Made by a program: the position numbers and the translations under genes. 64,000 nucleotides of DNA from Marsupella aquatica (taxonomy: Eukaryota > Plantae > Marchantiophyta): assembly GCA_973895155.1 (NCBI GenBank), contig OZ316895.1:17925780-17989779 (forward strand), in the 5' to 3' direction. Shown one piece after another: positions 1 through 12,520 of this stretch. The stretch's first letter is position 1, and every line of letters starts with the position of its first letter. The notes under the pieces are model-generated. The model was not told the DNA's origin, searched no databases, and saw nothing but the letters and a program-made list of their open reading frames with translations.

Positions 1-3000
1 CCAAAAAAAATAACAACACACCAAAAATTGAGGAATCAAACCAAATCCATATCTTTTGGCAAAACGTCGTAACACATTGCAAGGACAACCCGGCCTCTTG
101 CCGTCTGCCCAGCTACTGCCTCACTGGGGCAAGTGCTACACCTCTACCTCACTACTCTGGCTTGATTCCCTCTTCTGGCTATGAGCTAACTTCCCTAAGC
201 AAACACTAGACTGAGTTCCCCACCGATTCACTATGGGGATCCCCCCCTAAATACTCAAAACAACCCACCAAAGCACCCCTCACGGGGTCACAAGGATGGC
301 GGCTTACCCTAGCGGCGCCGCTAAACCCTTCACTAAGAAACCCCTAAACTAAAAGCATGCGGCACACACATGCTTCTAAAACCCTAAACCTTAAACTAAA
401 AATTGGGCCGATGGTGCCTTCGATGGCGCCCCAACGTTACTCCGTGAACCGTGAAATTGCAAGGAACCCCACAATGGCCAAAACTAGGCGCCCTTCCACT
501 TGCACTTCTGAGTTCACCCTTGGATATCCCTCCTCCTCCTGATCATGAATCACTCAACTGCTCTTGAAACGGACATCAGACGACCAAGTTATGGCCGTTT
601 CAGTATCCCGTAAACCCAACTTCGCCGGACCCTAACTTGCTCATCCTAGCTCCGTTTGAGTAGCGCCACCTCTTGTTGGAATCAGCTCCGCGAGCTCTTT
701 CCAACAAGCCCATGAGTGACCCCTCACAAAAAATTTGGAAAGTCAAGGGGCCGTACAACCACGTCCGTACGACCACTCTAATCCTCATCCTCTTCACTCA
801 CGGTGCCCTGGCTTGAGCCCCGTGAGTGGGCCTCCTCATCACTCTCCACTGGAGTGAGTGCCACTTCACTCCTCTTCTTCTTCACCGGGGTACTCCTTGT
901 GCTAGTGCTCCCCTGCTTCCTCAAATTGGCCAAGGCCTGCCACGCCTTAATGTACCCCTCACCAATGGTGTCCTTCCATAAGGCTGCCTCTTCACCGGAC
1001 CGCAACTCCAACGGTAAAACCTGCCCGGTGACCATGGGAGTCCCAAGGGTGACAGATCGGGGTGGCATCCCCGGGGTCCTCGTGTTGACCTGAGCTTCTT
1101 GTAACGATTTATGTACCTCCCTGAGCTTCTTCTCTAAGCTCTTGCTCTTCTCTTGACTCTTCTTGGCTGCATCCAACAGGGGTCCATACTTCCCACTGAC
1201 TTCCTTCACCACCATCTCAATGGCCCTGGAGATCAAATCCGGGGAAAGTGTGGAGCTAGGTGTGCAGGGGCTCTTCTGTTTCCCCAGACTCAAGGCCTCA
1301 CTCCTCTTAGCCCTTGTCTCAAAGATCACCATTTGACTCCATAGTGCTCCCACCTGGGCTCTTAACTCCACCACTTCTCCAGAATTCTGCTTCTCTTTGG
1401 CCAATGCCTGTTTCAATACTCCAACCTCTTCCGCTTCCTTGGCCTTGGTGGACAAGGCTCCCTTCAAGTTAGAGATCTCTACGTGAGCTGCTTGGAGAAG
1501 TTTAACCTTCTCATGAATGGCCTCCTCCTTGGCCTTGATCACCTCCTTCATAGACAGGGCACTCTGCTCCAAAGTCTCTACTCTGGCGGTGGCCTGCTTG
1601 AGAGAATCTCTCAATGCGTGGACTAGCTTGAGTCCCTCATGGACTCCCTCCCGGAATTCCCGTAACTCTGCCAGGTAGACATCAGGAATGTCGTAGACCA
1701 GGGGCTCCTCCGGATCTCCCACAAGTGATTCAAGCCACTCCAATGTGGAGTCCTCATCCTGGTTTTTTTCCTCTCTATTATCATCCCCAACCGCTGACGA
1801 TGATCCCTCCGTTAGTTTCCCCACGATGGTAGTGGCAATACTCCTGATTTCCGTGGTAAGGGATGATCCAGAGTCTTCCTGTCCCGGGGAAACAATCCAC
1901 CCTTCTGCTCTAGCCAGCAAAAATGACCCCATCAAGTGTACAGCCCCACGTGGTTTCACACTCCCGGGATTGGCGTCCAATAGCTTCTTCAACCCATAGT
2001 ACCACCATCCGTACACATGGGCTGGATAGTTCTTGATGTCCATAGCTACCACGAAATGCTCTCCATTCACCACCCCGGATTGCACGTTACCTAGGACCCG
2101 TTGATGAACTTTGGCCAGAAATCCCTTGTGCTCAGCATCCTTGACGGCGGAAAGAGGAATGGAAGTAGTGGAGATGGGATTAATCACCCAACCGGCCACC
2201 ATTGTCAACGTGAGTTCTCCCCTTATGTTCCAAGGTGTGAATGAGAATTGTTGGTTCTCCAGAAACAGAAGCTTAGCTAACTCCACATGGGGCACTACCC
2301 ATTGGAGACATTCAAAGTAGATTCCTTCCGTACGTAACTCCATTCCGGCCTCAATGTTCCAACTCTTCCCCGAAGGGATTGTAATCTCCACCTTCATGAA
2401 CTCCGTGAGCCTGGTGGCTTGAAAAATATTCCTACAATCCTCCATCACCTTGGCGGAGGTTTTGGGATAAATTCGACGGAAAACCCTCCTACTCACCGGT
2501 GCAGAACTTGCCGCCAGTCCAGTACTCATCATAGCTTCTCTCTCTTCTCTCTCTCTTGCAATCAAAGTCTCAATGTAGTCACGATAAGCAGCCTTGTATC
2601 TCCGAATGCGTGCCGCACTAAACTCCGGTTGATCTAGCAACCATGCATCCAGAAATCAAATCCTCAATCACCAAATCTTGTCACCCGTAGCAATGTCAAT
2701 TCCCTGGCCCGAAACGGCCCCTGTATCCTGATCAATCAATTACCCTCAATTCCCTCAGAAGCCACCCCGTGCTGCTGCCGCTAATGCCCAGAAGAATCGT
2801 GCCAACAAGCCTCAACAATTGACCATGAGAAAGAGCTTCCAAAATAATTGCAAAATGTGGAGCGAGCTTTCGGCAAGAGTTGAGAGAGAGCCCAAGTTTT
2901 TGCTTTTGGCAATGAGTGGGTCTTGCAAAAGAGAGGAAGTGAGAAAATAGGAAGGAGAAAAAAAACCCTGTGGCTCCTTCATGCCATGCGCCCCGGCTGC

Positions 3001-3858
3001 CCTGGTACCCTGGTACCCTGGCTCGCCTCCCTACGCCCTCCTCTCACCAACTTGCGGGAGCCACCCGATAGCACGTGGCCCTATGCAGGGCTCGCACTGC
3101 GCCCTGTTACCTCCAAGGCCCAGGGATTTAATTCCCCCCCCCCTCTTTTTTTCTACACGCTGCCCTATGCAGCGCCTCGTGTATCGGCAGCCCTGCGCCC
3201 TTCTCCTGGCTCGTGGGAGGGTTTAATACCCCCCCTTACTCGCCCCTCTCTTTGGGGCACGGCTCCCGGTACGCCTTCCGTAGCGCTCCCCTCGGTATGG
3301 GGAATTAAATTCCCCCCCCCTCCCAACTCCACTCACGGGAGAGTTAATACTTCCCCCGACTCCTTCCTCCTCCTCGGCTGTGGCCCGGCTGCCCTCGCCC
3401 CGGCTGCCCTGGCTCCAGCTGACCTTCGCGCCCAGCTCGCTCCGCGCCCGGCTGACCTGCACCCCGGTTGACCTTCAAAGATGCCAGGTGGCGTCCACAG
3501 GGGCTGCCCCTTATGGACCCCTTTACTCCAACAACTTAACCTCTCAAAAGAACTCATTCTCTTCTTTTGGCCCTTGTTGTGGTTATACCCATTTAACCCC
3601 AAAAAGAAAAGTTAACCTCTTGGACTTATAGGGGGAACTTGACAATGGTTCAAGCGAAAAGGCCAGGCCACCTATTTGCCCCCCCTCTAGGTTGCCGTGA
3701 CCGTTTAGAACAATTCTGAGAAGGAAATAAAGTAAAGTCCTCCTGGCAGCACCAACTTGAAAGGACGGAATTAACTCAAAAATTAAAAAATGGCTTATTT
3801 ACAGTGGTTATTTACATCGCACAACCCAGTAAACAATTATTGAGGATTTTCGGTGACA
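1..3858 (-). mobile_element. Large LTR-type insertion (probably an ORF-bearing gypsy LTR) interrupting a chromovirus RT; left end outside the window
   Basis: The RT frame (…ELKRVIGS) breaks at 3858/3859. The minus strand starts TGTCACCG there, resembling the termini of the LTRs at 6981-10943 and 44967. A large same-strand ORF lies inside. The other end and the TSD partner (expected GGAAC) are not visible. Confidence 0.55.
778..2640 (-). CDS. Retroelement accessory protein (620 aa) with long coiled-coil C-terminal half; 5' end probably disrupted
   Basis: Long ORF with a globular N-half and a heptad-rich K/E/A/L C-half. The overall layout matches the other LTR-borne ORFs in this window. Confidence 0.6.
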   Translation of the reverse strand: MLDQPEFSAARIRRYKAAYRDYIETLIAREREEREAMMSTGLAASSAPVSRRVFRRIYPKTSAKVMEDCRNIFQATRLTEFMKVEITIPSGKSWNIEAGMELRTEGIYFECLQWVVPHVELAKLLFLENQQFSFTPWNIRGELTLTMVAGWVINPISTTSIPLSAVKDAEHKGFLAKVHQRVLGNVQSGVVNGEHFVVAMDIKNYPAHVYGWWYYGLKKLLDANPGSVKPRGAVHLMGSFLLARAEGWIVSPGQEDSGSSLTTEIRSIATTIVGKLTEGSSSAVGDDNREEKNQDEDSTLEWLESLVGDPEEPLVYDIPDVYLAELREFREGVHEGLKLVHALRDSLKQATARVETLEQSALSMKEVIKAKEEAIHEKVKLLQAAHVEISNLKGALSTKAKEAEEVGVLKQALAKEKQNSGEVVELRAQVGALWSQMVIFETRAKRSEALSLGKQKSPCTPSSTLSPDLISRAIEMVVKEVSGKYGPLLDAAKKSQEKSKSLEKKLREVHKSLQEAQVNTRTPGMPPRSVTLGTPMVTGQVLPLELRSGEEAALWKDTIGEGYIKAWQALANLRKQGSTSTRSTPVKKKRSEVALTPVESDEEAHSRGSSQGTVSEEDED

Positions 3859-4830
3859 GGAACCAATCACACGCTTGAGTTCTAGGAATGCTAACTTGCA
3901 TTCCTGTGTCCACACAAACACTTTGTTTTTCAACATTAGCGTGTCTAGGGGCCTCGCGATCCTCGCATAGTCTTTCATGTATCTCTGATAGAACCCCGTG
4001 AATCCTAAGAAGGCTCTAACCTGCCTTACATTGGATGGGCGCGCCCATTCTTTGATGTCCTTAAGCTTGTCCTGACTAGGCATAATCCCCTCCGGGAGTA
4101 AAGGTATAGCCGAGGAACTGAATCTCATTCATCACAAACTTACTATTGCTAGGTTTAGCAAAGAGACGAGCCTTACAAAGGCAAGAGAACACTTCTCTGA
4201 GCAACTGCTCATGTTCCTCCAACGTTTTCGAGTAGATTAGGATGTCGTCAATAAAGACGACCACTCCTTGGTCCAAAAAATCATGAAAGATGGTATCGGG
4301 GATGGTATTCATCATCTTCATGAACGTTGCGGTTGCATTACACAACCCGAATGGCATAACCAAAAATTCATAGGATCCAAACCTTGTGCGCATCGCGGTC
4401 TTATACTTGTCTCCCTTAGCCATGCGGAGCTAGTAATACCTAGACCGCAAGTCCACCTTTGAAAACTTCTTAGCCCCGGAGAGGCAATCAAAGAGGTCAT
4501 CCATATGAGGTAACGAGTACTTGTTCTTTACCGTCTGCTTATCGAGGGCCCAATAATCTAGACGCACAATCTCAAAGTACCATCCTTTTTGGACACAAAC
4601 AACATGGGCGCCCCATAAGGACTCTTACTAGGACAAATGAACCCTTGGTTGATCAACTCTTCCAAGGCGTTCTTCAACATCATTTGTTCATTCAGGTTTA
4701 GACGATAAGGAGCTTTAGCCTAAGGAGCCAAACTTGGCTCCAACTCAACTTGGTGATCCACTTCTCTCTGCGGGGGTAAACCTTTAGGTAGCTTCTACAA
4801 GAGCACGTCATTGAATTCCTCTAAAATTTC
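3859..4830 (-). pseudogene. Ty3/gypsy reverse transcriptase (frameshifted, truncated by insertion)
   Basis: ORF fragments 4076-4423 and 3808-4128: YEFLVMPFGLCNA, FIDDILIYS, VRAFLGFTGFYQRY. Confidence 0.9.
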
Positions 4831-5201
4831 AGGAATTCAACCGCAGTCGGGCCCAACCTTAGCTGCCTTAACCTTCGGTTGCGAAGTAGCCTCCTTAACT
4901 AGGTGGATCGAGATGAAAGAAGAAACATTCATGTCCACCTTTGAAGTCTTTCCACCATTGCTTCACCGATACACACGGAGACAACCACGACACTTTACTT
5001 ACTTTGAGAAATCTTTCTTTATTTTCGGTAATTTTGTGTACAACGATGAGCTCATCGCCCTTATTGGGACAATGGAGCACCTCATCCCCAGGCTTCAAGG
5101 TAACACTGTGATTTCTGAGATATATAACCTACCCCTGGCCCCCCACTCCCAGTAAAAAATCTCTACCTCCTGTGAACGGACCCCCCTCTAGTACCCCAAG
5201 C

Positions 5202-5655
5202 TGTTATTATTTTTGAAACAATAAAAATTTGTCTTCTTATTTAGAAAAAAAACACATTTTGACAATACTTAATATCATTGATATAATTATAAAGTCCAGA
5301 TTTGAGAATTTGTATATAGGCTTCATTAGTTACATTTTCTTTTATTCAAAGATCTTCCCTCCCTCATATCCAATGGGCAGGGATTTTCCCCATGTGTTTC
5401 CTCATAGGGCAGTTCAAAAAACCCACCCTAAACTCCTCAACATACCCTACCCTAAACCCCAGAACCCCGCCCACAACTTACAACGGCATAGACATGTGTA
5501 CCTATTAGATGATGCCACATGTACCACTAAGCTGATGCCGTGTGGCGAAGATGATTTTATACCCCCTTCCCCAAAATAAATGAGAGCGGAATATCAAGTG
5601 CCCTTCCTTATTTGGAAAGTGACATTTGTATAAAAGAGTGGGTTGCTTAGTTACA
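5202..5655. mobile_element. Approx. 450-bp AT-rich insertion (small solo LTR or MITE) in the chromovirus pro-RT linker
   Basis: Abrupt AT-rich block starting TGTTAT and ending GTTACA. (C)AAGC is duplicated at both junctions, although the exact register is ambiguous. Confidence 0.45.
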
Positions 5656-6980
5656 AGCCAATTCTAAAAATTACTTCAATATGAATGAAGTCAACCCTTG
5701 AATCGTTCTCACGTCCAACCCATTTTACCTAAGAGTGGAGGCCCAAGGAACCTACCGACAAAATGAAGTCTATGGCTTGACCATCTAGAACGTAGAACAT
5801 CTCTTGACACACAAAATTTTGTTGTTCGCCTATGACCTCTACTCAAAGTCTATGTACCACTCTCGACACTATCCCTTTTGTGTCGTTGACGAACTTGCAC
5901 ACTAACAATTGTAGTAATTAACTCTTGCACGTCCACCCCAAGACGTGTCACCGCCTGCCCACTTATGAAGCAGGCGGTCGTCCCTGTATCTACCAAAGGA
6001 ACACCCAAATTACCGTTAGAAGTGACATTCACAAAAATTAGCTTTTCAGGATCCATTGTCTTAACCTTAGGTGTCTTCTCTTGCAACAATACCTTCTCTC
6101 CGGCAGGAATATTCCCTACAGGATTCTTGTCAGCTACTAAGGGTTTGGTTAGAGCGATACTTACCTTAATGCCCTTCTACCGTCCATCTCCGCTTGGCTT
6201 GCCACCTTTTGTGGAACAATCCTTACTTTGATGGCCTATAGCGCCACACGTAAAGCACAAACCTTTAGCCCGCCTATGCTCCGTGAGCGCTGCTTCTTGG
6301 CTTTCTGTGCCAATGAGGTTTCTTTCTTGAAGTTTCCGGCCTTCCGGTTTCACTTTGCTTCTCCGTTCTGGGGCAGGGGATCCAAACCACCGGCCCCCGC
6401 CCCCTCAGGTTGCTTACGCTTATTCCCAGGACCTTTTGCTTTCCTAGCTTCCCCCTTGGATCCCTTCCCACCCACCTTGGCCAAGCCCGACTGGTTATTC
6501 ACCAACGTAGTGGCCTTGTCAAAGGCGTCCGAAAGCATTTTAAACTCATGACGCTTTTCCTATAACTTTTCCCTGAGCAATGGCGGGAGCTTCACTATAA
6601 AGTTGTGAAGTTGTGTATGTAGGGTCTCTTGTCCCGCTGGGATACACACCAACTGGTTTTGGTAATAAGTGATGAACTTTTGGATATCACCCTTGAAGCT
6701 CATCTCCGTTACACATTTTTGAGCGTGCTGCTTTGGGTACTTAGTGGTGACATGAGCACGGAGACCCTCAACCAGGTTTTCCCAAGTCAACGGCAAGGAG
6801 GAGTCCTCTAGCAACTTCTTCCAAGTCAAGGCATAGTCATTCAGGTAAGGAGCAACTACAGTAGCCCAAGTGGATTGCTCAACACACGCGTGGAGATGAA
6901 TCTCCATTGTGGAGAGCCAACTCAGGAACTTTTGTCCACTTTGGTCATAGGCCCCGTTATAAGTTGGAGGAGTCGGTAGC

Positions 6981-9900
6981 TGTCACGTCGTCAGCCTAGG
7001 CCTTAACCCAGGCTTCGGCTTAGACAGGCACATCCTTCGTCAAAATGAGGGTTCGGGCAGGAAGGGATGCACGGAATGCACCTAACTCATGTAAACTAGC
7101 GCTAAGTGCGCCTATTGTCATATACGGACACCTCCTAGGTATGGTTTGTGTTCCACCACCGGAACGTACCTTAGTCGATAGCAGGATCGACCCCGGCTTA
7201 CGGGCTTCTAAGCCTTCGTGTTGTCCGCCTTCGATCTGGATTCGATGATATAGGTACTCAACCCGGGCTCGCAACCACTACCCGCAAGCTGCACCCCGTG
7301 CCCGACTTGGGTAACACGTTTGGCCAAGCGTTGGCACCTATACATGAGATTCACACATACATACGCGCACAAGCATACAATCTCGATTTACACGAAGGAA
7401 ATAATGGGGAAGGATTTTACTACATAGGAGACATATGCGTACACTTAGTTGACCCGAAAGCTCCAGAATGAACAGGTCCAAGGCCGAGGGTGTACACTAC
7501 AACGGAGCCCGGCTTCGCGCTCGCCCAGCGAGATTAGTCCCACACCCTCCCCTCGATACTCTTTCACTCCCAGAGGTCGGGACTCCCCGCACATACCGCG
7601 GATGTCCAACACTGAGACTAAAAACCCTCCCTTGCCTCTACCGAGGGGTGCACTAAATACTAAGGGCCGAGGAACGAAGTGCCCTTGCGCCCAAAGATTC
7701 GCTAACTAAGGTCCTAACTAAGCTGGCTGTCAGGCCGGAAAACGGCTTGTCTTATTAGAAGATCCTAATCTACGCTGATGGTACAGCATGGCAGTGCTGC
7801 TCTAACTAGGGTAGGTACTTGTCCCTATAGCCTAATTGAGCTATTCCTAACTCTACTCTAATCCTACTCCGCCGCTAATGTCTGGCACGCTTGCCAGAAC
7901 CGCCTGAGTGGGAGCGGCTATCCCGCTGCCTTCTGAGTCTGTCGGCGTCCTACTTGAGTAGCTGGACCTGGTCCAGCAGAGATTCGTTTTCCCGCTTTGC
8001 CGCGTCTACCTCTTCCGCGGCCTCCTAGCATGCCTCCTCCAGTTGTTGGGTGTCGCTTGTCAGCTTGTCCACCAACTGGGCCTGTTTAGTGGCTTCTCCT
8101 TGAAGCCATGCCACCTCTGCCTTCAGGGCGTCAATCTCGGCTGTGTCCCGTTGAGACCTGGAATCAGCTTCCTCCAGATCCTTTTGCCAACTGACGGCTT
8201 GCCCCTACAAACTGTGAATCTTGGTTTGGAGCCGTGCAATCTTGGCGTCCTTTCTGAGCCCGACCTGTACTGCCAACGCTGCTTGGGCTCTAGCCTCGGC
8301 AACCTGGTCCTCCATGGCCGTTACCTGAGGCCGTAGTTGCTGGAGTTCAGCCTCCAAGGTTGCCACTTTGTCCTTCAGGTAGGCAGACTCAACCCGATAT
8401 CGCTCTATTCTCTGTGCAGTCTCTGCCTGCGCATGTCCTGCCCTTATTGCCGCAACCAACTCCTGGTTGAAGAAGTAGGCCACCCTCCGGGCCATGTATT
8501 CCCCGGTGTCCCGAGAGATCTGTTGCGAGAAATCTCCCAACAACCCGTTCATAAAAGTGCCCGGCGCAAAGAGTTCCGGATGGTCTAGACTGTGTCCCTC
8601 TGGATTCGGGCACGGACAGACTCCAACCCGTGCGGGAGTAGGAGTGGACACATCCAGCCCTTGAGGTAAGTCGGTCGAAGGGGCTGGTTCCACTGGAGGT
8701 GGGTGGTTCTCCTGCTCCACCGCGGGGGGTGGCGGAATCTCCCCGACCACCGTGGTATCTGCTTCGGGTACGGCTTCATCCGGCCCAGCTTCGACGGCAT
8801 CGTCCCGATTGATCACGTCTAAGGTCGCAATGATGTCAATGGGTATGCCTGGCGGGGCGGCAGCGGCGGGTTGCGGGGCCGGGGTAGCAGGACTTGCAAT
8901 TGCCAGACTTCGGGCCTCGGGCTGCGGTCGCCTTACTTGGGCTGGGAACACCCATTTTGGTGGGGTCAGCTCGGTCTCATTGAGACGCGGGAGGCTCCGG
9001 CGGTCGAAATGAGCGTACCACTCGAGGATGATTTCGACGTGGCTAGAGAAGTACGCCCTCCCACCAAGGTACAAAGTTTTCCTTCTTCGCTCCATCTCCT
9101 CGTGGAACTTCTTGACGAAGAAGGACGCCCACTTCCTGGGCCGATAGTTCTCCACCTGGATAACCTGAGCGGCCGATATTTCTCCTCTAGGTTCCATCAT
9201 GTGGAGGGCATACCGCTGAAACTCTAGGTGTTCTGCTACCTCTGGGATGAGGCACGTCCTCATTAAGAACCCATTGTCCACTACCCCTTCGGTCGGGAAG
9301 CTAGATGACTGGTATTTAGCTCCCTTGCCCCCAGGAGCCCGCGACTCTACCCGGTTTATTCCCTCGGGTAGGCCGAAAATCATCTTCAGACGTGCCTCAT
9401 CGAGACACATCACTCTCCCGTGCGCTCGAGTTTGTTGACAGGCCTCGTCGAAGTTCTGAATGAACTCCGACATATCCTGTCCGTAATACCTGCTTCCGTT
9501 CCAAGGGAGAGAGGCAAGGTGCTCAAACCCTTGGGTCTTCAGATAGCATGCATGCTTGGGGTGGAGGATGTTCTTGTGAACGTTGTCCCCCATGCGATGC
9601 ATGGTCAGCTTGGCTACTGCAACCGTGGCCAAAGGCAACCCAGATACGGCTGCGGGCTCCTTCCTCTTCCTACCCCGAGACTGATTCCCGGGGTGACTAG
9701 AAGAAGGGGACATCTCTCCATCCTCTCGGTCAGGTAGTAGTAGCGCGACTGCCATGAGTATTGGTGCCGGGGCTGCTAGCGTTACCGTGTTGTCCCCTCG
9801 GGCTTGCTGGGGTGGTGCGGGGTTGTTCATACCCCGCGGTCGTCGATTCAGAGGAGGGTGAGCCTCCTCGTCCTCGGAGCTGATATGTACCGCATTCACC

Positions 9901-10943
9901 ACGGATCGTACTCGGAGAGGTGGTGGAACCGGTGGCGGGGACCGGCTTGGCTGAGGCCGAGGAGGTGCAGGTGCAGGTACAGGCACAGTTTGGCAGGCAC
10001 TGGTCGTTGAGGGTAGAGTTGCCATGAAGTTCTGCAAGTGCAGGTGGAGATTTTCCGACGCAAGTGAAGATGGTCCTGTCGACCGGGTAGTGTTGAATTC
10101 ACCATTGATGATAGCCCGGACCCGAGCGGGGATGTGGTCAAAGTGCTGCCGCTGTAAGTCAATCATGCCCGGGATATTGAAGACCTCATCCAGAAGCCGA
10201 AGCAGTGCCTCCCAGAAGCCGATGTATTTGCCTCCGTCGAAGAAGTACCCTGATACCTCTTCGGGTTGGTAAAGCTTGCTCTGGGACGGGTACTGAAAGT
10301 TAAGGAGATAGTGGTGGCGGCCTGCTAGGCGGATGGTTCTCTCGTATTCGCGTTCGATCTCATATCGGTGCGGATTGGCATGTTTCAATGAGTCAGCCAA
10401 GTGCCCTCCGATAGATAGGAACTGAGTCTAGAATCGTATGGCCAAACTGGAAAGGATCATGTGCGACATTCAGGGGAGATAGCAGCTGACTAAGGAAAAG
10501 CGAGAGAGTTGGGATCGAAGCTGGCGCGGGAACTGGAGAGCTTGGTGCACTGCAAAGGATCGGCTCCCTTTTATACCCTGAGAGCTCGTTGATCGCCCGA
10601 CGCCTCCTCGTCGATTATAGGTCAAGCGTTTCACGCTCGCAGTGTACCGGCCCCTTCTCCAGTCCGGGTCAGCTCATGTGCGTGGCCGCCTCTCGGAGTT
10701 CATTATATGGACCCGAGGGAGGGGGAAAAAGGGCCCATTACACGCTCGCAACCCGGGCGTGCGAATGGCGACCCGCCGCCAGCCCGAACATGAATTCCCC
10801 TTATTGACTAATGATTTCCTACTCATAATGCCTACCTAAATAATGTCGTTATGCTAATAATAATGGCCTAAGATACCCCTAACGCGCGTGCTAAGCGCGG
10901 TTAGACCGAATTACTCATTACCCGCTGTACCAACGGCGTCACA
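6981..10943 (-). mobile_element. 3.96-kb solo LTR of a gypsy-type element containing a protein gene
   Basis: TG…CA termini (TGTCACG…GTCACA) with a perfect 5-bp TSD GTAGC (6976-6980 and 10944-10948). No internal gag/pol. TATAAAAGGGAG lies on the minus strand at about 10564-10575. Confidence 0.85.
7875..10469 (-). pseudogene. LTR-encoded accessory protein gene (about 865 codons; longest open part 8205-10400, 731 aa)
   Basis: One reading frame from ATG 10469 to TAG 7875, interrupted by four in-frame TAG codons (10428, 8205, 8025, 7950). Clearly homologous to the ORF at 45520-47577 (HACYLKTQGFEHLASLPW/HADYLKEHQLEQFAHLLW; GGRAYFSSHVEIILEWY/GGKTYLGSHIAIILAWY). Confidence 0.8.
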
Positions 10944-11638
10944 GTAGCTGGTTCACTTGGAACATACTCCGTCCAACTACCATTCCCCCCTCGGGACGCG
11001 TCGCACTCTGACTACTTGGACTAAGTAAGTACTTAATCTGGGCCCCTTTGTGGTGTTCGAACTGCTCATAAATGAGTCGTTGGTCTTGAGTCAACGGACC
11101 CAAACCTTTGTCAGCGGTTGGGCCCTTGCGGGTTGTATGAGGACGGTCCTCCAACCATCTTTCCTTTGCGGGCCACCTGTCCTTAGGTTCCTTTGTGGAT
11201 TTTGGTGACACCCCCGCGACCTACGGGCACCATGACCTCAGCAAACGTTCTAGCACGCCTAGACCACTTTAGGTCTTGAAATTTTTATGTGGTAACAAAT
11301 GGTTTGCCCATAAGGCTCATGCAAACCAGGTTGGTATGCGCATTCCAGACTTAGGAGATTCCAACCTATCCCACTTATCCAAGTAGGATGCTAGTCCAAG
11401 CGGGTAAGCTAACTCCAAACTAGTTAGACCCATTGTTCTCTCCTTGGGGTACTCCCCTTTGGTTTGAACCAGCCCGCCCACAGATGTGAGGCGGGCACCA
11501 TCAACTTCCACTTGCAAAAAGCAAATTGGCCGCCCAACAACCTCTAGCGCCCACGCAATCCAACTTTATCCTCAAGAGGCCTTGAGGAGTGAAACTAGGA
11601 TACAACTCACAAAGTTAGCTACAACTGCCTGTACTAGT

Positions 11639-12520
11639 TCACAACGGCGGTAGGCCGCTTTGCTTATGATAGCTTCCAAGGATCTTTGGGGCATTACCCA
11701 AAATTTCTTCCAGTTCCCAAGTACTCTCAACCTGATCATAGCCAGCCCACTTCACCAAATACTCTAAGATTTGCCTTCCCAACTTGCTTTTGTAACGGTG
11801 GTCCATAATTGCCTCCACCTCAAACTCCTCAGCGTCCTCCACCAACATGGCGTCGGATGCAAGATCTGATCCCGGTTGGGCTCATTGTCTTTGACAAATT
11901 TCTTTAGCCGGCTAACATGGTAGCTTTTGCCTATGCCCATTTCCTTGGGTGTCTCCAGCACCACCAAAACCAGATTATCCTTGTGGGCCCATCGTATGAT
12001 GCGATAGGGCCCCACATATCTGGGAGCCAGCTTCTACTTATGTTCCCATGGTATTGTTTAGGTCTCAATTGCAACCAAACGCTCTCCCCAATTTCAACCC
12101 TTGCTCCTTGTACCAACTTTGGGCAAGGGTCATACCCTTGGTAGCCGCTTCCACAACTAGGCGCTGCTCTCGAATAAAATTTTCCGCATAAGGAACCTTG
12201 CTTTCTGTCCGCCAAGCTTCCGGATTTATGAACCAGGAGGGCGCCTTGGCATCCTCCTTGTGGCCAACACAAACGGCGCAAACCCCGTCGCCAAATGCTT
12301 GGTCGAGTTATACCTAAACTCAACCATTGTTAAGTGCTTTGCCCAATCCTTTTGATTGGCCGTCACAAAGTGATGCAAGTAGTCCTCCACGATAGTTGCG
12401 TCCAAGGAAGGAGCTATTCTGGACGAACAGTGGGCGTTGGTTCTGGTTCCGGCTTATGGCATCGGGAGGACCTATCGCTGACCAACTTACCAATGTCTAT
12501 TGAGCTTGAGTTAGGATGCT
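11639..12520 (-). pseudogene. Chromovirus integrase C-terminus with chromodomain
   Basis: GPYRII…YHVSRLKKF followed by EEFEVEAIMDHRY…EYLVKWAGYDQVESTWE, a group I chromodomain pattern. Confidence 0.9.

Larger units (their letters stand above)
5760..11211 (-). pseudogene. Chromovirus gag-protease split by the 6981-10943 solo LTR
   Basis: Removing 6981-10943 plus one TSD joins …MFQVNQL to PTPPTYNGAYDQSGQKFLSWLSTMEIHLHA… in frame. Protease LVDTGT motif lies at about 5980-6000. Confidence 0.8.
3859..12520 (-). mobile_element. Decayed Ty3/gypsy chromovirus sequence (gag, protease, RT, and an integrase-chromodomain segment) with nested insertions
   Basis: RT motifs KTAMRTRFGSYEFLVMPFGLCNA and VFIDDILIYS; protease LVDTGTT; gag-like region; integrase GPY(R) module; chromodomain. 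Many stops and frameshifts. Confidence 0.85.
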
